NCBI GenBank assembly: GCA_030704615.1 | Contig: CM060731.1 | Span: forward strand, 90,396,001-90,460,000 | Source: Takakia lepidozioides | Taxonomy: Eukaryota; Plantae; Bryophyta | Direction: 5' to 3' | Length of the DNA: 64,000 bases | Shown: positions 26,501 through 37,847 of the stretch, one piece after another | Position numbering within the stretch: position 1 is the stretch's first letter | Layout of the letters: every line of letters begins with the position of its first letter | The notes under the pieces: model-generated | Seen by the model: only the letters and a program-made list of their open reading frames with translations | Databases searched by the model: none | Told to the model about the DNA's origin: nothing | Made by a program: the position numbers and the translations under genes

Positions 26501-29192
26501 TGAGGCCTCTAACATCCTGCAATGCCAGGACTTGAAAGAAAGGCAGCGCGTATGTACCTGTACAGAAGGCGCATTGCTGCTTTGTCCGCGTTCGGCTGGT
26601 CGGTGAACTCGTGGCTCCGGCGAGCATCTGCTATCTCCCGAAAGAATAGGTTGGTTTTGTAGAGCAGAAAGTACCTCGTCACATAGTCACGTAGGCTCTC
26701 TGCTGCAGGAGATATCTCCATCTTGAACTGATGTGCTTGTGTGTCCAGCTGCTCTTGCGCATTCGTCGTCACCTGTGGAGATTGTCCATCAGATCGCTTT
26801 CCTCAAAAAATACAATGAATCCACCCCCTACTAGAGTACAAGCCCCAAACGAAGCGTGGGGAAGTACCTGAAACCACCATGTCATGCGGTTCATCCACAT
26901 GTCGAATGTGGGGTCAGAGAGTTTGTCCGGTTTGGGGAAGCTCCACATGTCCCTGGTACTTTGGGAACCATTCCAGATTTGGAGCCACCGGGTCTGTCCA
27001 ACCACCCAGCATATTCGTAAGCGCCAAACACCACAAAAAGGAGTTGTTGCCACCACAATTTGGTTAAGAATGTATCACCTTTTCTGTTGCATCCACACAG
27101 GATGTGGCTAGACGATGGAGCTTCTCCAATGTCATCGTGGGCTTCAGAGCGCGAGAGTAGTGCTTCCCCACCTCCACCAGAAAGTCGGCACCAAGGGCGG
27201 GATCAGCTATGGCCACGTACTTTACCATCCGCGACTTGTACTTTATGCGGGCCCTCACCTCCGCAGCTTTGACATACGATTCGAGTTCCGGGAGGGTTGG
27301 ATTCTTCTCCTCTGACTCCATGTAGAACCTCCGCGCATGTGCCAAATCCTGCTGTATTTTCGTCTGTCGAAAAGGCGCACATAAGATTAGAGATCCTGCT
27401 CAACACAATTTCTTCTATTGGGGGAGGAGAGACAAATTAGCTCAACAAAACTGTGAGGAGCTTTACCCGAAATATGTAGTCCACCATGGCGTCGACGCTC
27501 AGCCTATACCAGGTTCTGTCTGCCTTTGCCTCCGACTTGCGCAGGAGGTCGGCACTGAGGGAATTGGCAAACTCTTGCACCCCCTGCTTCCCGACATCCT
27601 TCACTCGGAAGAGCATATGGGACAAGTTCGTGGCAATGAAGGCATTCTCAGTCACCCTGCAGTGCCACATTTCCATCAAACAATACTGAAATGGGAATTT
27701 TCATCATATATGAGGATTCGCAATGAAATGACTTCCAAATTCAAAGTCCAAAAGCGAGAGGGGTTGTAGCTTACGAGTTGATGTCGGCCATTGCAGCTTT
27801 GAGAAGACTGCGATCTTTGGGCCCCGCAACCTTCAGCACAACACAATCGACGGCGAAATGCCAATCGAGATCGTTGGGGTGGGCTTGGGCAATGTGCTCC
27901 ATCCATGCCAGGAGGCGATGATTGCCGTCCCACACGTAGAACATCTTACCGGACATGTGCTGGAAAAGAGGATCACTAGCAATCGATCTCTCGAACTCCT
28001 CATTTCGCGTTTGCCAATGGGGACCCCATTTGTCCACCTCATCGGAAGTGTGGGCACGGGAAGCTCCGTGGTCGTTCTCAATGGAAACGTAAAAGGCGGC
28101 AGACCCCATTCGATATCCATCCCGGAAAGAGAATTTCAGCTTGTCGATATCGCCTGGCAGGGCAGGTCTCACCACCTGCAATGACACCAAGCGGCAAAGG
28201 GGAATTCGAAGCTTGGCCGGGTACACCATGCCCCCCAGCACCCTGCCAATGTTGCTGTGGGTTGCCTCCAACATCTTGGCAGCGGCCAACTTCATATCCG
28301 CCTCAGACATGACGTCTGCTGCAGAGGGGTTTTCCGGCAGCCCACCAGGACCGCCAAATCCAGCCTGTATGCTCCGGGTTTGGGGCCTGGGGATGTCCGG
28401 GAGGATGTCATCCTGGTCAGAAACCTCCATGTCGTCCTCCTCAACAGGGTCAGCCACCTGCGAAACAACCTCCAGCACTCTTGTCGTCTCTACTGCCCTC
28501 TCCCTGGCTTCACCTCGAACTTGCACAATCCGTGCTCTTTCAGGTGTTCTTTCCTCTCCTCCACTCTCCACCGTATGGGTAATTGCGGGGGCTGCTCTTG
28601 CCCGCGATGGTCTAACCGGTGTGCTACTGCCTCTCTGTGGTGTCTTGTAGGGATCCACCGTCTCTGTGGGTCCCTCGCTTACATTGGCATCTGTCATTTG
28701 GGCACCCCTGGCCTCTTCAGCTGCCTTTTGTCTTTCCTCCTGGCTAGCATTCTGTCTCGTCTGTTCTTTTGCCCTCTCTTTTGCCCTCTCACGGGCTTTC
28801 TGTTTCTTACTAGGGCTAGCAGCAGGGGAGCCCTCCAGGACGACCACCTTTGATTGAGGCGAACTGAAACCCTCGCGCGCACTGCTCACTCCCCCCTCCG
28901 CAGCCCGTGACTGCTCTCTCGCCGGGGATTGCATGGGCTTAGCTTTCTTCTTTTTCTTTGCGTGGGCGGGCCCTACTGCATGTGCATGAACAACCTCCAT
29001 TGCCGGATCTGCTGTCCTCATGTCCTCACGCCCTTCACCTGCCATGCCGCCTGCACCAACCTCCCCAATGCCTACTCTGTCGTAATCTCGTTGCAAGTCC
29101 TCCCGTCCACCAACAAAAGGTTTAAGTTTGCCCTCTCGCCCCAAGTTGGGCGATTCAAACATGCGATGAGTTGGAGCTGTCGATGATACCAC
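23559..29192 (-). pseudogene. Family-B ParB-like domain + beta-class DNA amino-methyltransferase-like multi-exon gene (copy B1)
   Basis: Disordered N-terminus, IPLCRLV, FRDGY, MFYVWDGNHRLLAW, then DMILLDIPDG...LLDDGGCVVV...RTRSPAFIQTLMETCSDVQGRILDLTCGTG|ASMWAGTLSDRHVFAFEPD. A few frameshifts. Confidence 0.85.
25975..26490. repeat. Intronic ~95-bp tandem repeat (~5 units) with the family-B palindrome core
   Basis: GAAAATGGCTAAGTCCCT...GGCGCCGAATTTCCA...TCTAGGGACTTAG repeats. Confidence 0.9.
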
Positions 29193-29949
29193 CAGCGTGC
29201 CGGGCTCGTCGTCACTCTGTCATTGACAAAAATCGTGAAAACCAACATCGGTGCAAAAAGCAGCATCGCAACGAGCAGCGCAACCACCATAGCAACAATC
29301 ATGTAGCAAAAATGAAAACATAACAAGTTTAGGAAGTATGGAGAGCCATGCAACAACAATGAAAACAAATGCAACCATTGCCTAAGAATGACATGCACAA
29401 GCAGCCTTCTCCAGAGCTGCCGGATTTGCACACGCATTGCAAACAATCTAAGGTTCACTCAACTATCTAAAGTTCACTCATACAGCAAAGCCAGGATGAA
29501 GATGCAAAAACAAAGCGAAAGCAAAAAATAAATCGAACAAACCGAAAGCAGAAGTGGCTTGCCTGAGAGTACTCGGCTTCAGTTGGCGCAGGTTGTGAGC
29601 AAGACACTGGAATCTCCTGCTGGAGCTTCAGTTTGGCCATGCGAGAGATTGGCCGTCGTCCGTAGTACAGAGCTTTCAACTTCCGCCGCGGTCTGGATGT
29701 GAGGTCTCTCTCAGGAGAGCCACGCCCTTCAGGCGGCATAAGTCCCAGCCAAAAAGATCTCCTTTTTTGGGGTACATGCCTGGAATACCATGTTAAGCCA
29801 AGTTTAGAATGAGATTTAGGGTACGTGTCCAGGAAGCCATGCGTCGCCAGCCCAAATAATAACCGACGGCCGTCGACATTTATTGCCCAACTGCGCAATT
29901 AAATGTCGGATGAAGCCCTCCATGTCGGATGAAAATCGACGTAAACAGT

Positions 29950-31830
29950 CCCGGAATTTCCAACGTAGAGGTAATTCGGAGCGCTGCACGATGGAATTCC
30001 GGCGCCGGATTTCCATCCTGCAGGTAATTCGGAGCGCAGCAGGATGGATATCCGGCGCCGAATTTCCATCCGCGGAGGAAGGGCGGCGCTGGAAATTTCC
30101 CTCATGCAGGTAATTCGGAAGCGCGCGGATGGAAATCCGGCGCCGAATTTCCATCCGCGGAGGTAGGGCGGCGGTGGAAATTTCCCTCATGCAGGTAATT
30201 CGGAAGCGCGCGGATGGAAATCCGGCGCCGAATTTCCATCCGCGGAGGTAGGGCGGCGGTGGAAATTTCCCTCATGCAGGTAATTCGGAAGCGCGCGGAT
30301 GGAAATCCGGCGCCGAATTTCCATCCGCGGAGGTAGGGCGGCGGTGGAAATTTCCCTCATGCAGGTAATTCGGAAGCGCGCGGATGGAAATCCGGCGCCG
30401 AATTTCCATCCGCGCAGGTAGGGCGGTGCGCCAAATTTCCCTCAAGCAGGTAATTCGGCGCCGAATTTCCCTCCTGCAGGTAATTCGGATCCCGGATGAA
30501 TGGAAATTCGGCGCCGAATTTCCATCCAGCAGGTAAGTCGAATCCCGCATAAATGGAAATTCGGCGCCGAATTTCCATCCAGCAGGTAATTCCAATACCG
30601 GATGAATGGAAATTCGGCGCCGAATTTCCATCCTGCAGGTAATTCGAATCGGTGCCAAATGGATATTCAGCGCCGAATTTCCATTCGCCATGTATTTCTG
30701 AGCGTGGAATTACCTTCGTGCAGGTAATTCCCAGATGAGAATTACCTTTGTGCAGGTAATTTCCAGATGAGAATTACCTTCGTGCAGGTAATTTCCAGAT
30801 GAGAATTACCTTCGTGCAGGTAATTGTGGACGAAGAATTCACATCGATTGGAATTACCTGGAGGAAGGTAATTCTCATCTGGAAATTACCTGCACGAAGG
30901 TAATTCTCATCTGGAAATTACCTGCACAAAGGTAATTCTCATCTGGGAATTACCTGCACGAAGGTAATTCCACGCTCAGAAATACATGTCGAATGGAAAT
31001 TCGGCGCCGAATATCCATACGGCACCCATCCGACTTACCTGCTGGATGGAAATTCGGCGCCGAATTTCCATTTATGCGGGATTCGGCTTACGTGCTTGAT
31101 GGAAATTCGGCGCCGAATTTCCATTCATCCGGTATTCGAATTACCTGCAGGATGGAAATTCGGCGCCGAATCTCCATCCACCCGAGATTCCACTTACCTG
31201 CTGGACGGAAATTCGGCGCCGAATCTCCATCCATCCGGGATTCCACCTACCTGCTGGATGGAAATTCGGCGCCGAATTTCCATCCATCCGGGATTCCACT
31301 TACCTGCAGGATGCAAATTCGGCGCCGTTTTCCCATCTGTGGAAGTTTTTATGTCGGCCAGTTTTCGGTCTGACCCCCCGACAAGACTTCGTTTGGGGGG
31401 GGCCCGGATGGAAATTCGGCGCCGAATCTCCGTCCATGGGATGTTCTCTGTCGCATACTCGCCGGCCTCTGCGCCCGAGGCGACTTCATCCGGGCGTCCC
31501 CTGTTCGATATTCGGTGCCGAATTTCCGTCCGGGGGTTGAAATGTGACGGCCAACTGCAGGCCACTCCCCCCTCCCCGACTGCATCCGAACCGCCCCGGA
31601 TGGAAATTCGGCGCCGTTTTTCCATCTGGGGATGTTTTTATGCCGTCCAGTTTTCGGCCTGACCCCCCGACACGACTCCCTTTGGGGGGCCCGGATGGAA
31701 ATTCGGCGCCGAATCTCCATCCAGGGGATGTTCTCTGTCGCACACACTCCGGCCTCTGCGCCCGAGGCGACTTCATCCGGGCTTCCTCTGTTGGATATTG
31801 GGTGCCGAATTTCCATTCGGGGGTAGTAAT
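29950..31830. repeat. Central array of the perfect palindrome GGAAATTCGGCGCCGAATTTCC, with a large inverted repeat centred ~30840
   Basis: Dozens of copies between the two divergent genes. ~31-bp AATTACC..GCAGGTAATT units at 30707-30825 are mirrored at 30852-30970. Confidence 0.92.
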
Positions 31831-31909
31831 GTGAGGGCACGGTGCCGGCTTCTCCCCTTCAGCCGTCATCATCCGGACGGCCCCCCACTTTCTGACTGCA
31901 TACCGTTGG

Positions 31910-33573
31910 CGCGCTCCCACCTTGGATGATGCAGAGACACAGTTTGCATGCATACGGGCTTGGTGGACATCGTCAGGTGCTGTAAGGAAATCAGACGAAG
32001 GAGCAATGGTCAGTTGGCTAGCATGGTGGCATTATCGTTTCCTCCAGTTCGGCGACTATATGCGGGAGGTGAGTTGCACGAATTCGCGTCCCGTTGGATA
32101 TTATTCTTGGCCATATTTGTAACTTGCTTGTAACCTCAACATGTGCTTGTGCAGGAAATGTGTCTCGACTCCGACACCGACATGCCCACGACAAACATGG
32201 CCGAATCAGTGCACTCTTCCTGGCGTGCCTCCTCTGCGGCGCATCTGGTGGACATCCTCACTGCCACAACGGAGGACATTGTGAGGTCAATTATGCAGCA
32301 ATGCAGGTACAACGAGTTCTTGAAAGGGAAACAGTGGGGCTTGGGGCCGGACAGGCAGGAAATGCTGATGCGGACTGCCTCCAGATCGAAGAATCCTCGG
32401 AAGTGGGCGGCGGCCTTGCGAGAGGGCCTTCGGGACACGCCATTGGTGCGAAGAGGCCAACATTTGGAAGGAGATGTTCATACCCGTCCAGTGAGACGAA
32501 GACTTGACGAGGCACCTGGCGGAGAAGAGGATTCATGGCGAGCTGACAAGAATATTCGCACGCTCCCTCGTGGTCCGGTGATGTTGTCCGAGGAGGTCTC
32601 GTCGAGCACCGGAAGTCCTGCACGTTCAAGATCGCCGTCTCCTTTGAGCACAGGGCGCGTGCCCCGGCAACATAACGAGCCATCTGTAGTAAAGCAATAC
32701 AACATTCCCATTGTGGAGACAAGAGTGTCGGAGTCACAGTGGAGAATTGCGAGGACATTGCCGACATTTCGAGGGAAGTGTTGCGCCATCCGGGTGGATA
32801 CGAGAGCACGCTGTGGTGAGATGATTCGGAGGAACCCACACGGTGCTGTACCTGCACCTTGTTTCAGCGGCAGATTTTTGACTCCCACATTTGCTCACGC
32901 CACAACGCAGACATTTTGGTTCTGTAGGCACGACATAATGACCTGTGTATTTGGCAAGCCCAAGTACGGGATTCAGGGAATGCCGGAGCCTCCGGGCGTC
33001 TGGCCTGTTGCACCGGGTTGCAGCCTCTCTCAGAATGAGGCGGATGCTCTATCTGCAGCAGGATTTCGAATGGTGCAACGCACAGACATCCCGGCCCACG
33101 CATTTCCGGTTCCTCAGACCCAGCCATTGCAGACTGCTCGGTCCAGTAGAGACGGATTGGACAATTCTGCACATCCCACAATGCGATTCGGAAGAGTGAA
33201 GAGACGACACCCTCCCAACAAGTTGAATGAGACTCGGATTGCCAATGCTTTTGGGATGGCTTGCACTATTCAGAGCTCCGTGGACGTACCCCCACCCGGC
33301 CTTGGGCGTGTGTATCGGATGGCAACGGCCGGCTCGGCTGTACGCGACGATGTATACACAATTACGATTGGAGTGGAGCCGACTTGCAACTGTACGGACT
33401 TCTCGTTGATGGAAGCAAAGAAGGGTTCGAAGTATTATCCGTGCAAGCATCTGTATTACATTTACCTGAAGAGGTTGAGGATGAACGTGACTATTGATGA
33501 CTTTATTCATGCACCGGCGTTGAGCGTGAACGAGCTGCACAAACTCCTCCTTAGGGATTCCAGAAATCATTGA
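31910..33573 (+). pseudogene. Family-B transposase, C-terminal half (copy B1)
   Basis: WLAWWHYRFLQFG, an intron at ~32070-32154, TTNMAESVHSSW and SWIM CNCTDF...YPCKHLY. The N-terminal half is deleted at ~31910 relative to B2. Confidence 0.88.
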
Positions 33574-33729
33574 TGGGGCAAACGGAATCCTCCATATGGA
33601 TATTTTCAAATGCATTTTGCTGTATCAGACTTTTTTTTTGCAGTGTAATGAAATGCACCCCAAAACTCCTGGAATGAGGCAATATTCCATTCAAACTGAG
33701 ATCCAACAGAAGTAGTTGTGGGGCCATTT

Positions 33730-33965
33730 CTGGAAAAATGGCGCCGAATTTCTCTTTTTGGGGCCGAAAACTCGCTAAGTCCCAACATGCACTGGTACCT
33801 GTGTTTGGGAAAATGGCGCCGAATTTCTCTTTTTGGGGCCGAAAACTGGCTAAGTCCCAACATGCACTGGTACCGTGTCTGGAAAAATGGCGCCGAATTT
33901 CTCTTTTTTGGGCCGAAAACTGGCTAAGTCCCAACATGCACTGGAAAAATGGCGCCGAATTACCT
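33730..33965. repeat. Subterminal ~75-bp tandem repeat with the palindrome core
   Basis: GGAAAAATGGCGCCGAATTTCTCTTTTTGGGGCCGAAAACTGGCTAAGTCCCAACATGCACTGG, about 3.3 copies. Confidence 0.85.
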
Positions 33966-34342
33966 GTCATGAGGGGACCTATAGCCGTGGAATTCGGCAC
34001 CATTTTTCGCCAGAGAGACCTATTGCCGCGAAATACGTCGCCGTTTTTTCAGGTTACGGACCCTATTACCGCGAAATTCGGCGCCATATTTGCACATGTC
34101 GCTGGGAATTGGCATGAGCGGAAGACGAAATTTCATGAGCACAACTGTCAAAAGTGCAATTTTTCCTTCAAGGGGCCGAATAATATATTTGTTTTTCCTG
34201 ACACATTGCATTAAATTATTGTTTTTTATTGTTTTTTATTTTCGAAATTTGTACTTCTGCTCATGAAAACCGATTGTGTTACTACTCTGCTCATGCCGCT
34301 CATGCCGCTCATGCTCATGAAATAGCAAACCTCCATTTTGGA

Positions 34343-36891
34343 GTCAGGTGTGTATTCGAACATGCTGTTTCTTCTCTTCAAGTATGTGATGTGTATCTTT
34401 TTTGCAATTCTGACAAATATACTATTTGCAGCTCGAAAAGCGCGCCGTCATTGTGCTGGATCAGACTTTGAAGGACCTGAACATTGCGATTGTTTCCCCT
34501 CCCCAAATGTCATTGGAGGCATACATAAGGAAGTGGAGAGGTCTCACCTGGAGATACTGTTTTTTCCGGGAGTTCTCCAAAGATGGTAACATTTTACGGT
34601 CCAACGACTTTGACAGTCAGGTTGGAGGAGAGTGGGCCATGATGCGAGTTGTGTACAGGTGCAATGTCATACTTGAAACTCTACTGTTTTTCTGGGAAAA
34701 AATGTGGCTTCATATGGATTGCAATCTTAGATCCAGATTGAATGTCGTTGACGACATTCACTTCTTTGTCTAAGTCATTCTTAAGCGAGTATATGAATTC
34801 ACCTGGTTAGGATCTAAGGGTGCAATTATATTGTACCTGATTAGAATTGATAATGTCCTTGAATGGCGTTGACGACATTCACATACGGAGTTGTTGAGAG
34901 GTCCTCAAAGTTATTTAAATTTTTGTGATGTCCATAGAGGTTACAGTGAGGGTTCCTCACTTCATTTTGCTGAATGTCAATGCAGACATTCAGTTGTTCT
35001 GCATTGTTTTTGCCTCTTGCGATGAATGTGGAGGCTTGATAAGCTCTGTTTTAAGAAATCCAAAGTGAATGTCGTTGACGACTTTCACAGCTGTGTCTGT
35101 ATTATTCAACAGCGACAAATTCAATTTACATGGATTGGGGAGCTAAGTAATTGGTTTCTTTTTTGTATTTTTGTGAATGGCGTTGACGCCATTCACATAC
35201 AGTGATGTTGTGAGGTCCTCAGTGATAGGTTCGTTATGAATGTGCATTGAGTTTGCCTTGAGGGTTCCTTACTCAATTTTTTGATTTCCATCCTGTGATT
35301 TTGCTTCATTTAAGTAATAATTTGGCTTCATTAGTGAATGTCGTTGACGACATTCACTTCTATGTCTGTGTCATTTCTAAACGATAATTTGCATTCACCT
35401 GGATTAGGGTGTATTTACAGTGTCATTGAATGGAATGTTCTGAATGGCGTTGACGACATTCATATCTGGAGCAGTAGTGTGGTCCTGAAAGGTCCTTGGA
35501 GCAGTTCTCACAGCCATTTCAATCTATGTTTTATTCTTTCTATTCTACTTGCATCTTACTCACTGAGCGCTTTTGTGGGTTGGGATTTATCTCATTTTTT
35601 CAGGTACACGAAATATGTGCTTATGGAAGGAAATCACCTGAGCGGAATTCCCGACTATCTTGACATGTGGTCGGACCCTGCAAACGATCCAACCATGTAT
35701 ACTGCAGGGATATTGAAGGACTGGAGTCCTTCTCACTTCAGAGACTGTGGGTGGTACCTTGACTGCCCACCTGAGCACACGACCTTTCAAGAACAGCATA
35801 TGAAATACTTGAACAATAACGCTGAGATGCTGGCGCCTTTGACTGACGAAGAGTATCAACGAAACATAGCAACATTGGCTGCCAAGGAGCCTGATGCTCA
35901 GGGAACGCCGCAGAAGGGAAAGAAGGCGGGCCACAAACCAAAAGACAAGGCTGTTGATGTCATAGCCATCTCACCAGCAAAGCCAAAGGACAAAGACAAG
36001 TCCAAAGAGAAGGAAAAGGACAAGGGGAAGGAGAATGAAAATGAGATGGAGAGTGGGCAGGACTTTACTGCTGGAAGATATACCCGCACTGTACATCCCT
36101 GGATAAAAGATTTGACAGAAATCTTCAGTGCGTGTTCGATGCCAAGCCACACCCTTCCCGTTCTGATTCAGCAGGAGAGGTGCAAAGGAAAAGTCACCAA
36201 CATTCATGCAAATACTGCTGGAGTCATGCAGCCACCGCTCTGCACGGGTGGTCGATCTTTCTGTGTCCACAGGTTCGTTTTTTCCCTTCCGAATTGGTTT
36301 CCTTTCAACAGTTTCATCTACTTAAATCCCCCCCTCCAAACTGTTCATGTTCTCCTGTCTGGTGCAGGAGCAACTTACCACGCATGCAAGGCAGGCGGAA
36401 GAAGCCTTTTTGGCATGGAGGGTGATTCTGACCTCTACAACACCGTGCTCCTCCCCCTTTTGTCTGGCTCCACTTCAGGCACACAGACTGACCGGATTCA
36501 AATTCGAAATGATGACGATCCCGAAGATAAGCAGGTCGACAACGACTTTTCATGTGAGTAAGTGCTAAACCCTCTTTGGGAGTCATACTCAATTTCTCGA
36601 TAACATCAAAGTTACAGTACTAACTTTTTCAGGCTGTCTTTCAGGAAAGGCAGCGGTGGATCTTCAGGAGATACAGTCATTTCTGGCAAGTCTGTTTTCG
36701 ACAGCCCCCTTTCCAATTTTCTGCTTCCTGTTTATGCCGAAGCAATGGCACTTCACGCGGCCGAGTCCATATCCCCTGACTTTTTAGTGGCCAGCCGTAG
36801 GTGTATCCAGCGTGGATCCGGTGTTCTAAAATACTTAGACTTAGATGCAGAGGAAGAGGGGATACATTGTACTGACTCTGAGTCAGACTGA
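34343..36891 (+). pseudogene. Family-A ParB-MTase gene, 3' exons
   Basis: Exons LEKRAVIVLDQ...MRVVYR, YTKYVLMEGNH...DCGWYLDCPP, GATYHACKAGGRSLFGMEGD (MTase motif I/II region) and last exon FLLPVYAE...LDAEEE. Colinear with the family-B exons; the central MTase part appears missing. Confidence 0.8.
34739..35465. repeat. Family-A intronic palindromes TGAATGTCGTTGACGACATTCA
   Basis: About 7 copies (34739, 34860, 34971, 35066, 35174, 35335, 35441) in the intron equivalent to the repeat-bearing intron of family B. Degenerate copies also at 21615-21930. Confidence 0.85.
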
Positions 36892-37347
36892 ACTGTATTC
36901 TTTTAATATTCATTTTCATATTATCTGGAAAACGTGAATCCCTTTCCTCCACCGTAGTTGTTCCTTTAGAACAAATAATAATCACAGAATCAACTTTCGT
37001 TTAAATTGCTATATGTATGAATCCATCTCACAAACCTCCCTGACTCTTCTCATATCCATTGTGCATTCATCTACACTGTATTCATGCGTGCTCCATTCAT
37101 GAAAGCTTCCTTTGTACAACATCCATTGTACATTCATCCTCTGTACTCTTTAATCCACCCCACAAACCTTCCACACTCATTTCATATACGTTGTGCATTC
37201 GTCAAAAGATTTGGTCATGCATCATCCTGTCATGAATTTTTGTCATTGCTCAACATCCATTATACATTCATCCATTTTACTCTTATCCATCCGTCATTCA
37301 TCCATCTACATACATTTTTCACACTCATCCATCTGTTTATCATCCAA

Positions 37348-37847
37348 NNNNNNNNNNNNNNNNNNNNNNNNNNNNNNNNNNNNNNNNNNNNNNNNNNNNN
37401 NNNNNNNNNNNNNNNNNNNNNNNNNNNNNNNNNNNNNNNNNNNNNNNNNNNNNNNNNNNNNNNNNNNNNNNNNNNNNNNNNNNNNNNNNNNNNNNNNNNN
37501 NNNNNNNNNNNNNNNNNNNNNNNNNNNNNNNNNNNNNNNNNNNNNNNNNNNNNNNNNNNNNNNNNNNNNNNNNNNNNNNNNNNNNNNNNNNNNNNNNNNN
37601 NNNNNNNNNNNNNNNNNNNNNNNNNNNNNNNNNNNNNNNNNNNNNNNNNNNNNNNNNNNNNNNNNNNNNNNNNNNNNNNNNNNNNNNNNNNNNNNNNNNN
37701 NNNNNNNNNNNNNNNNNNNNNNNNNNNNNNNNNNNNNNNNNNNNNNNNNNNNNNNNNNNNNNNNNNNNNNNNNNNNNNNNNNNNNNNNNNNNNNNNNNNN
37801 NNNNNNNNNNNNNNNNNNNNNNNNNNNNNNNNNNNNNNNNNNNNNNN
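37348..37847. other. Assembly gap (500 N)
   Basis: Run of N. Confidence 1.

Larger units (their letters stand above)
23406..34333. mobile_element. Family-B MULE-like transposon copy B1 (10.9 kb), both ends present, transposase internally deleted
   Basis: Left end is GGGGGCTGCTATTTCATGAGCGGCATGAGC; the right end reverse complement is GAGGTTTGCTATTTCATGAGCATGAGCGGC. Direct repeat CATTTTGGA at 23397-23405 and 34334-34342. The interrupted reading frame NWLHKATFW|SQ resumes after the element. Confidence 0.93.

Noticed and set aside
27771-29192. ParB/MTase motifs as bacterial or phage contamination
   Set aside because: The gene has multiple GT-AG introns at conserved positions and lies within TIR/TSD-bounded elements next to a plant-type LTR retrotransposon.
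29950-31830. Palindromic repeats with spacers resembling a CRISPR array (also 6445-7130 and 51085-52420)
   Set aside because: The spacers are themselves repeated or irregular in length, there are no cas genes, and the context is eukaryotic and intron-containing.
37020-37347. CATTCATCC-rich stretch as the family-A terminus
   Set aside because: It is low-complexity, shows no inverted match to 16245-16450, and is cut by the gap.
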